This document shows, one piece after another, positions 57,215 through 64,000 of a stretch of 64,000 nt of DNA. Below the pieces are notes generated by a model that did no database searches, had not been told where the DNA came from, and saw nothing but the letters and a program-made list of their open reading frames with translations. This DNA is from Bacteroidota bacterium. GTDB taxonomy: Bacteria > Bacteroidota > Bacteroidia > Cytophagales > Cyclobacteriaceae. The first letter of the stretch is position 1, and each line of letters opens with the position of its first letter. A program made the translations under genes and the position numbers. Location: the NCBI GenBank assembly GCA_043758895.1, contig JAYVMP010000175.1:2764-66763 (forward strand), read 5' to 3'.

Positions 57215-58460
57215 TTGGCGCTCACCCTTATTTACCAGGCTCTCTATCTTGGCTGCTTCTGTTTTTGTGCTCGGCTATTCCATGGGCAGCAAATTCAGTT
57301 TCACGGTCATGTTGGCGCTGCTCGTTGCCATTGCTTTCCAAACGATTCAGTTGATGCGCTTGGCCGAACAGCCTACTGAAAAACCGATCGAGAAAAAAGT
57401 TGAAAAGCCGGCCCCTCAAGACATACCGATCAAGTTTGACGATGTAGCGCAGTTCTTCAAAAATATTGTGCAACACGTAGGTATCGGCATTCTTACTTTT
57501 AATAAGGCTGGAACGATTCAAACCATGAATACCACCGCCAAGCGGCTGCTCCGCGTGGATAAAGTTGAAAAACTTGATGACCTGCGCGAAGTGGACTCGG
57601 CTTTGGTTGATTCATTTCTCAAATTGAAAACGGGCGGCCGAGAATTGCTCCGGCTAAAAATGGGAGATGAAACACTTTATCTTTCTCTGTATGCCATTGA
57701 GCTGACCTTACGTGGCGAGGTGATGAAACTTATTTCGATGAGCAACATTCAAAGTGAGCTGGAAGAAAAAGAAATGGAGGCGTGGCAAAATTTGGTGCGC
57801 GTGCTCACCCATGAAATTATGAATTCGGTTACCCCCATTTCTTCTTTGGCAGGAATGGTGGAGGAAGAGCTGGATAGCAAAATCAAAAATTCAGATTTTA
57901 TTTTGAAAAAGGAAGAGACCGAAGACATGCACCTGTCGGTGCAAACCATCGGCAAGCGCAGTGCCGGGCTAATAAAATTTGTGAAGGAATTCAGAAACCT
58001 CACACACGTTCCCAAACCGAATTTAACGGAAGTGTTGGTAAAGGATTTATTGGACCAGATGGCGATGCTCCACAAAAAGGAATTGGCTGATCACGGAATT
58101 AGTTCGGCTGTGCAGGCGCAAACAGAAGCCCTGGTGGTGCAAGCTGACAAAACCATGATCGAGCAAGTGCTGATCAACCTGATCAAAAACGCAATCCAAG
58201 CCTTCGATGGTCAATCTGATAAAAAAATTATTCTTTCGGCCCACACCAATGAGGGGCACGTGATTATTTCAGTGAAGGACAATGGCAGCGGTATCGATGC
58301 CGATGCCATAGAGCGGATTTTTGTTCCTTTTTTTACCACCAAGAAAACAGGCTCGGGCATTGGCTTGAGCCTTTCGCGGCAGATCATGCGGCAACATGGC
58401 GGGCAGATCACCGTGAAATCAAAACTGGGGGAAGGCACCGAATTCCTGCTCCGGTTTTAA
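57204..58460 (+). CDS. Sensor histidine kinase
   Basis: HEIMNS, NLIKNA, DNGSGI, PFFTTK, GSGIGL. Confidence 0.95.
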   Translation: MDFNWRSPLFTRLSILAASVFVLGYSMGSKFSFTVMLALLVAIAFQTIQLMRLAEQPTEKPIEKKVEKPAPQDIPIKFDDVAQFFKNIVQHVGIGILTFNKAGTIQTMNTTAKRLLRVDKVEKLDDLREVDSALVDSFLKLKTGGRELLRLKMGDETLYLSLYAIELTLRGEVMKLISMSNIQSELEEKEMEAWQNLVRVLTHEIMNSVTPISSLAGMVEEELDSKIKNSDFILKKEETEDMHLSVQTIGKRSAGLIKFVKEFRNLTHVPKPNLTEVLVKDLLDQMAMLHKKELADHGISSAVQAQTEALVVQADKTMIEQVLINLIKNAIQAFDGQSDKKIILSAHTNEGHVIISVKDNGSGIDADAIERIFVPFFTTKKTGSGIGLSLSRQIMRQHGGQITVKSKLGEGTEFLLRF

Positions 58461-58469
58461 CCATCCGGC

Positions 58470-58501
58470 TTTGGCAGAAAACCCGAAAAGGGTTAGCTTT
58501 G
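58470..58501 (+). promoter_or_regulatory. Bacteroidota sigma70 promoter for the ACP gene
   Basis: TTTG (58470-58473), 20-nt spacer, TAGCTTTG (58494-58501). Confidence 0.7.
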
Positions 58502-58517
58502 AAAAATTGGAATCTTC

Positions 58518-58757
58518 ATGCAGGACGTAAAACAAAAAATCAACGCCATTCTTATCGAGAAATTGGGAATCCCCGAGTCTCAGATCACTTCTGATGCAAG
58601 TTTTGTCAGAGACTTGGGAATCGATTCATTGGATTATGCCGAATTGGTCATGGAGTTTGAGCAAACTTTTGATATAAAAATCCCTGATGACGATGCCGAA
58701 AAGATGCAAACCATCGGGCAGGCAGTTTCATACATTGAAGCTAAAATCAAAAAATAG
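58518..58757 (+). CDS. Acyl carrier protein (probably a paralogue, not in a fab cluster)
   Basis: DLGIDSLD phosphopantetheine site, ELVMEFEQTFDIKIPDDDAEK. Confidence 0.95.
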   Translation: MQDVKQKINAILIEKLGIPESQITSDASFVRDLGIDSLDYAELVMEFEQTFDIKIPDDDAEKMQTIGQAVSYIEAKIKK

Positions 58758-59115
58758 TCTTTTTGAAGTCGAGCGCATCCTTAGAAAGCTCGAAAAAGTT
58801 TCCAAATCTTTTCATCCGTTCAGCATCCTTGGTTATAAAAGGAGCGCGGTTTTCGCGGCTTGTCAAGGTTGCGTAGTACCATCCGTTTTTATCTTCATTC
58901 CAGAAGACAATGTATTTATCAAGGGAAATGAAGAGCACATCCATATCATAAATTTCCTCACCTTCTTTGTCAATCAGGCCGGTAAACTGTAACAAGACAT
59001 GATTTTTTTTGATCAATTCGCCTTTGTTGCATTCAATATTGTTTAATCGCATGAGGAGGCGGTGTTCTTGGTCCCAGGCTTTGAACTTTATTTTTCTTGG
59101 AGTGAAGTCAGTCAT
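58747..59115 (-). CDS. YopX family protein
   Basis: RKIKFKAWD, LLQFTGLIDKEGEEIYDMD, C-terminal GNFFE. Confidence 0.85.
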   Translation of the reverse strand: MTDFTPRKIKFKAWDQEHRLLMRLNNIECNKGELIKKNHVLLQFTGLIDKEGEEIYDMDVLFISLDKYIVFWNEDKNGWYYATLTSRENRAPFITKDAERMKRFGNFFELSKDALDFKKTIF

Positions 59116-59259
59116 ATAAAATTAGCGTTTGGTCAGGTTTGTAAATTCGGTTAGGTTTGAGTTCAGGTAGCAGTAAAGTTAAAACCTTTTAGTGACCATG
59201 CCACAGCCCAACAAGGGCCTCCGTGGAAAACAGGACACGGTGAACAGCTATAAATTTTT

Positions 59260-60162
59260 ATGAAGTTAAAGCATGCACTCTTCATCATAAATAAATTTTC
59301 GGGCGGGGGATACCGGCCGGAAGAAGAAGGCCGCATTATTGAACAGTGCAAAAGACTGAACATTGAAAGCACCATCGAATTTACACAAAGCCGTGGTCAT
59401 GCGGTGGAGCTTGCGCAAAACGCAGTGAAACATCAAGTCGATTTTGTTTTTGCCGTGGGTGGTGACGGCACGGTAAACGAGGTGGCACAGGGATTGATCG
59501 GCACTGGTGTGCCCTTGGGTATTTTACCAAAAGGATCAGGAAACGGTTTGGCACGACACCTCGGAGTGCCGATGTCGTTCAAAAAATCCTTAGCGATCCT
59601 TCAGCATCACCAAGAGCAACAAATCGACACCGTTTTGGTGAATGGAAAATTGTCCGTGAATGTTTCCGGGATCGGATTTGATGGGCACATTGCAGGGCTT
59701 TTTGCCAACAAGGCAAAGCGTGGGTTAGTTGGCTACGCCAAATTAGTGTTTAAAGAATTCATTGACTTTAAATCTTTTGATGCCGAAGTGGTAATGAATG
59801 GAAAATCAATGCGATCCAATGCGTTCATCATCGCGTTGGCAAATTCTTCACAGTTTGGCAACAATGCGCGGGTTGCCCCGCAAGCTTCGGTCAGCGATCA
59901 ATTGATAGATGTGTGTTTCATCAAAAAAGTTCCGTTGGCTCAGGCTGTAGGTTTTGCGGGCAAGCTGTTCACCGGAAATTTAGCACAGTCCCGATTTGTT
60001 GAGATGATAAAAACAGACCGACTGTCAATCCGGCTCAATCAACCAATTGCTTACCATATTGATGGAGAGGCGATGCCTTCTTCCGATTCGTTTGAAATAA
60101 CAATCCAACCCGCTTCCCTGAAGATCCTGTTACCGATCCGACCAACGGAAATACCCAATTAG
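59260..60162 (+). CDS. Diacylglycerol/lipid kinase family (YegS/DgkB-like)
   Basis: INKFSG, VGGDGTVNEV, LPKGSGNGLA, GIGFDG, NSSQFGNN, HIDGE. Confidence 0.93.
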   Translation: MKLKHALFIINKFSGGGYRPEEEGRIIEQCKRLNIESTIEFTQSRGHAVELAQNAVKHQVDFVFAVGGDGTVNEVAQGLIGTGVPLGILPKGSGNGLARHLGVPMSFKKSLAILQHHQEQQIDTVLVNGKLSVNVSGIGFDGHIAGLFANKAKRGLVGYAKLVFKEFIDFKSFDAEVVMNGKSMRSNAFIIALANSSQFGNNARVAPQASVSDQLIDVCFIKKVPLAQAVGFAGKLFTGNLAQSRFVEMIKTDRLSIRLNQPIAYHIDGEAMPSSDSFEITIQPASLKILLPIRPTEIPN

Positions 60163-60181
60163 AGGGGATACCTTTTTTTGA

Positions 60182-60216
60182 AGTGTTCCGTTAAAAGCGG
60201 AACATTCCTTTTTTTT
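60182..60216 (+). terminator. Rho-independent terminator after the lipid kinase gene
   Basis: TGTTCCG-TTAAAAG-CGGAACA followed by TTCC and a T run. Confidence 0.6.
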
Positions 60217-60234
60217 AATCAACCAAAATTTTTT

Positions 60235-61359
60235 ATGAAAAAAATAATTACTGCTTTAGCGATGGTAGCATTCGCAAGCTATGGGTTTGCACAAAGTTTG
60301 CTGGCGCCCCCCAGTGGAGGCAATCAAAAGGCAAAGGTGAATCAAAACATCGGCCTCGTGGAAATTTCACTTGCGTACAGCAGCCCGCGTGTCCATACCC
60401 CACAGGGAGTTGACCGCACAGGGCATATCTGGGGTGAGCTTGTGCATTACGGCTTTGCCGACCAGGGCTTTGGTGTGAAGTCCGCACCATGGCGGGCAGG
60501 CGCAAACGAAAATACCATGATCACCTTTTCAAACGATGTGAAAATTGAAGGCAAAAATTTGAAGGCGGGCACGTACGGACTTTTTTTGGCCACTGCAAAA
60601 GAGGGACCTTGGACCTGGATTTTTTCCACCAATGCGAGCAGTTGGGGAAGTTACTCGTACAATCAGACAGAAGATGCTTTGCGCGTTGAAGTAACTGCAA
60701 AAGATGCCCCGTTTACCGAATACTTGACGTACGGCTTTGATGACAGGCAGGCCAATTCGGCAACAGCCTATTTGCAGTGGGAATACAAGCGTATCGCTTT
60801 TAAAATCGAAGTGCCGGATGCAAATAACCTTTATGTTGCAGCGATGAGAAACCAATTGCGATCAAACGTGGGCTTCGACTACCGCAATTATTCTCAGGCC
60901 GCAACTTTCTGTGCGCAAAATAAAATCAATCTTGATGAAGCCCTAACTTGGGCCAACAATGGAATAGACCCTGCCCTTGGCGGCCGTGAGGAGTTTGCCA
61001 CCTTGCAGGCAAAGTCGGATGTGCTTCGTGCCATGGGCAAAGAGGCGGATGCCGATGCAGCGATGGAAAAAGCTATCCGTATGCCCGATGCCAATGTTCA
61101 GATTGTGCACCAATACGGGAGGTCATTATTAAATGCTGGCAGGAATGAGAAAGCTATGGAAATATTCAACTACAACGCAAAGAAAAACCCGAACGACAAG
61201 TTTACACCCAATGTTGGATTAGCCCGCGGCTACACCGCTTTGGGCGATAAGAAAAAAGCGATCAACCATTGGGAAGAAGCGATTAAAAACATCCCGGAAA
61301 ATCAGAAGCCTTTCATTAAAACTTATCAGGCGGAATTGGATAAGTTAAAGGCCAACTGA
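60235..61359 (+). CDS. DUF2911 domain protein with C-terminal TPR
   Basis: Signal peptide; YSSPRV, IWGELVHYG, PWRAGANENT, GTYGLF; TPR-like tail. Confidence 0.88.
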   Translation: MKKIITALAMVAFASYGFAQSLLAPPSGGNQKAKVNQNIGLVEISLAYSSPRVHTPQGVDRTGHIWGELVHYGFADQGFGVKSAPWRAGANENTMITFSNDVKIEGKNLKAGTYGLFLATAKEGPWTWIFSTNASSWGSYSYNQTEDALRVEVTAKDAPFTEYLTYGFDDRQANSATAYLQWEYKRIAFKIEVPDANNLYVAAMRNQLRSNVGFDYRNYSQAATFCAQNKINLDEALTWANNGIDPALGGREEFATLQAKSDVLRAMGKEADADAAMEKAIRMPDANVQIVHQYGRSLLNAGRNEKAMEIFNYNAKKNPNDKFTPNVGLARGYTALGDKKKAINHWEEAIKNIPENQKPFIKTYQAELDKLKAN

Positions 61360-61391
61360 TAAGTTGATTTGCAATGCTCTTGCCCCAGGAA

Positions 61392-61418
61392 CCACTGTCG
61401 GTTGGACAGTGGCTTTTT
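61392..61418 (+). terminator. Rho-independent terminator
   Basis: CCACTGTC-GGTTG-GACAGTGG-CTTTTT. Confidence 0.75.
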
Positions 61419-61565
61419 AATTTTGGTTCTACTGGGAATGTTGTGGTAAATATTTGGCGAAAAATATTAAGAGCTATCAAAAAACGTTCAAATCAGAATG
61501 GTTTTTAGCTCAAATGTTAAATTCCGAACAATTCCACCACAATATATCCAGTAGAACCTTAATTT

Positions 61566-62015
61566 TTATTTCGCCTCGTATTCTTCGTCCACCAAAAGTT
61601 TTCTGTCGGAGGCTGCCTGCACGGCCAAAAAATCGCATCGTTCATTTTCGGCATGGCCTGCATGGCCTTTGATCCATACCAATTTTGGTTTTAGTTTTTG
61701 GTGCAAGGGGATATACCGCATCCAAAGGTCAACGTTGGCCTTGTCTTTGAATTTTTTCTTTTGCCAATTCCAGAGCCATCCTTTTTCAACGGCCTCCACT
61801 ACGTATTTTGAATCAGAATAAATCGTGATGGGGATTCCATTTTTTTTAATCGCCTCCAGCCCTTTGATCACGGCCAGCAATTCCATGCGGTTGTTGGTGG
61901 TGAGCCGAAACCCTTCGGAAATCTCTTTTACAGCGTCATTGAACTTGAGGACTACACCATAGCCGCCCGGTCCCGGGTTTCCCTGTGCTGCGCCATCGGT
62001 GTACATGCGGATCAT
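61566..62015 (-). CDS. rnhA: Ribonuclease HI
   Basis: YTDGAAQGNPGPGG, TNNRMEL, SDSKYV, WIKGHAGHAENERCD. Confidence 0.98.
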   Translation of the reverse strand: MIRMYTDGAAQGNPGPGGYGVVLKFNDAVKEISEGFRLTTNNRMELLAVIKGLEAIKKNGIPITIYSDSKYVVEAVEKGWLWNWQKKKFKDKANVDLWMRYIPLHQKLKPKLVWIKGHAGHAENERCDFLAVQAASDRKLLVDEEYEAK

Positions 62016-62332
62016 CCGATGGGGATGGCTATACCGGTGCGTTCGATTTCACCAATGAAAGGGTTGGTACTTTTGCTATCGGCTGAATGGAACGTGTGTA
62101 CTTCCAACAGGTGGTGGAATTTTTTCTTGGATGGAATAATCAGTTCAATGTCGGCTGGAAGGCACCCACTAAATTTATCATCCCACACGGCCAGGTCGAT
62201 GTCTGAGTTTTCGTGGGCTATGCCTTTGGCATACGAACCAAAAAGTATTGCCCTGCTGGGGGCGAACCCTCGTGTTTTCAAGTCCGCTATAAATTCTTTT
62301 GAAATTTTTATAACAGTTGATCGAGCAAACAT
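62012..62332 (-). CDS. Minimal nucleotidyltransferase (MNT)
   Basis: LFGSYAKGIAHENSDIDLAV (GS-x10-DxD). Confidence 0.92.
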   Translation of the reverse strand: MFARSTVIKISKEFIADLKTRGFAPSRAILFGSYAKGIAHENSDIDLAVWDDKFSGCLPADIELIIPSKKKFHHLLEVHTFHSADSKSTNPFIGEIERTGIAIPIG

Positions 62333-62700
62333 TGGCGGAGTTTTTTGGCAAATTCAAATTTTTCTTCCGTGTACTCTTTCGTTGCCATCCTGCTGATCTT
62401 CTGCTGATAATCAGGGTAACGCCCTTCCAGGTTCCAGGCGTTCAACGTACGCATTTCATCAATATCCTTCGCGGGCAAGTCAATATTTGTATTGCTAAAC
62501 AAATGTTCTAAACTGTGTGTGTAAGGAGGAATGTCTCCGGTATTGTCTTTTACCCAATTTGCTTTCAGTAATTTTTCAATCGTTAAATGAAAAAAAAATA
62601 GCGCATGCGCATACCGCTTGCTTTTCAGCAGTTCTTGCGCTACCTCCCAGTCTTCTTCTGCTATTTGCAGCCAATAATTTATTTGTTCTTTCTTTCCCAC
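62308..62700 (-). CDS. HEPN domain protein
   Basis: AEEDWEVA, ALFFFHLTIEKLLKA, THSL, RYPD; overlaps the MNT gene by 25 nt. Confidence 0.9.
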   Translation of the reverse strand: MGKKEQINYWLQIAEEDWEVAQELLKSKRYAHALFFFHLTIEKLLKANWVKDNTGDIPPYTHSLEHLFSNTNIDLPAKDIDEMRTLNAWNLEGRYPDYQQKISRMATKEYTEEKFEFAKKLRQCLLDQLL

Positions 62701-62718
62701 TTTGTAAAATTGATGAAC

Positions 62719-63288
62719 CTAACTTAACATCATGTTGGTTTTGAAAATCTTCACCGCTATGGAAAGCAGGATGACGCCAAACACCCTACGCAAAACGGCA
62801 AACCCCGACTTGCCGATTTTCTTTTCAAGCCAGGAACTGGAGCGGAGCACCATGTAAACAAAGATGAGGTTCAATACAATCCCAATGAGGATGTTCCCCT
62901 CTTCATAAACTGCCCGCAATGAAAGTAGTGTGGTGAGCGTGCCTGCGCCTGCGATCAACGGAAAAGCAATCGGCACAATGGAACCCGAACCTTTGGCGTC
63001 CGGATCATCTTTGATCAAAGTAATCCCAAGGATCATTTCCATGGCAATAATAAACATCACGATCGACCCGGCTACGGCAAATGAACCGACATCCAGTCCA
63101 AACAAATTTAAAATGGACTGACCAAGATAAAGAAATGCCACCATTAAAGCTGCTGCGATGGCGGTGGCGCGCTCGGCATAGATGCGGCCTTCGCGCTGGC
63201 GGATCAGAATAATAAAAGGGATTGAGCCCACGATATCGATTACCGAAAAGAGAATAAGGCTGACCGAAAAAATTTCTTTGAAGTTCAT
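62719..63288 (-). CDS. MarC family membrane protein
   Basis: LFSVIDIVGSIP, VPIAFPLIAGAG, RVFGVILLSIAV. Confidence 0.93.
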   Translation of the reverse strand: MNFKEIFSVSLILFSVIDIVGSIPFIILIRQREGRIYAERATAIAAALMVAFLYLGQSILNLFGLDVGSFAVAGSIVMFIIAMEMILGITLIKDDPDAKGSGSIVPIAFPLIAGAGTLTTLLSLRAVYEEGNILIGIVLNLIFVYMVLRSSSWLEKKIGKSGFAVLRRVFGVILLSIAVKIFKTNMMLS

Positions 63289-63461
63289 GCGAATTTAATT
63301 GCACTGTAAAATTAACGAAAAAAAACAGCAGCCTTTGATTAAGGCCTGAAACTAAGTAAGCACACCGTCAGCTCCGCTTATCAAAATGATTACTGAATCG
63401 ATCGCCCGAATGATTGGCTTTCCGTTTTCTCTTGCTAAATTCCATTTCTAAATATTAACCC

Positions 63462-64000
63462 ATGAGCAAACTCACTTTATTTCTTTGCTTTTCGCTGTTG
63501 GCGCAACTTCTTTTTGGGCAAACCTACGATCCCCAATTGTTTGCACAGCTCAAGTTCCGTTTCATTGGGCCGGATGGCAACCGCATGATTGCCGTAGTCG
63601 GTGAGCCGGGCAATCCGATGGTATCGTATGCGGGCGCGGCAAGTGGCGGAATATGGAAAACAGAAGATCAAGGCGTTACTTGGAACCCTGTTTTTGACAA
63701 GACGGAGGACTCTTCTATTGGGGCGTTGGCTATCGCTCCTTCCAATCCCAAACAAGTTTGGGCGGGCACGGGCGAAACATTTTTGATCCGCCCGGCACAT
63801 GCCGTGGGCAATGGCGTTTATAAGTCTTCCGATGCGGGAAAAACGTGGAAGCACCTTGGCTTGGAAAAAACGTATCGCATTAGCCGTATGATTGTTCATC
63901 CCACCGATACCAACACTATTTATGTGGCATCGTTGGGCCATGCCCATGGCCCGCAGCAGGAACGGGGTGTTTACAAAACAATCGATGGTGGAAAAAACTG
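63462..64000 (+). CDS. VPS10/BNR-repeat (sortilin-like) secreted glycosyl-hydrolase-like protein, truncated at window end
   Basis: Hand translation MSKLTLFLC...FRFIGPDGNR...GAASGGIWKTEDQGVTWNP; further Asp-boxes SSDAGKTW and TIDGGK. Confidence 0.85.
   Translation, partial: MSKLTLFLCFSLLAQLLFGQTYDPQLFAQLKFRFIGPDGNRMIAVVGEPGNPMVSYAGAASGGIWKTEDQGVTWNPVFDKTEDSSIGALAIAPSNPKQVWAGTGETFLIRPAHAVGNGVYKSSDAGKTWKHLGLEKTYRISRMIVHPTDTNTIYVASLGHAHGPQQERGVYKTIDGGKN

Noticed and set aside
1-64000. tRNA, rRNA, integrase or transposase genes
   Set aside because: None recognised. The mobilising enzyme for the MITE and the arrays, if any, is outside this window.

Overview
Bacteroidota chromosomal window, most likely Cytophagales-type judging by gene content, synteny and TAnnTTTG promoter motifs. 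Positions 1-3.3 kb hold an AT-richer accessory block on the minus strand: a frameshifted hypothetical, a UDG-fold-like protein, an AAA ATPase, a DEDDh exonuclease and a truncated WYL-type regulator. The dcw cluster follows (mraZ-rsmH-ftsL-ftsI-murE-mraY-murD-ftsW-murG-murC-ftsQ-ftsA-ftsZ). The rest of the window carries glnS, asnB, DUF1080, Vsr, MATE, GH20, ABC-F, an ECF sigma/beta-barrel anti-sigma-like module, DUF5103, three tandem amidohydrolase-fold genes, a kinase, a Gre-like factor, kdsB, an RsmF-like methylase, a MarR-EmrAB-TolC pump, birA-rsfS-ftsH-lpxH, an NtrC-type two-component pair, ACP, YopX, a lipid kinase, DUF2911, rnhA, a HEPN-MNT pair, MarC and a truncated VPS10/BNR-repeat gene. 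The most unusual signals are not in the ORF track. (1) 7/8-nt-period repeat arrays with inverted arms fill many spacers, flank a 49-codon four-helix-bundle remnant and appear in-frame inside asnB. (2) Two copies of a ~90-bp MITE with terminal inverted repeats and 10-bp target duplications sit in dcw spacers. (3) There are candidate structured RNAs and a leader-peptide attenuator. (4) The WYL/exonuclease/AAA/UDG-like block is a candidate defence or DNA-damage module. No rRNA, tRNA or CRISPR array was recognised. All family calls come from motif recognition by eye; no database search was run.
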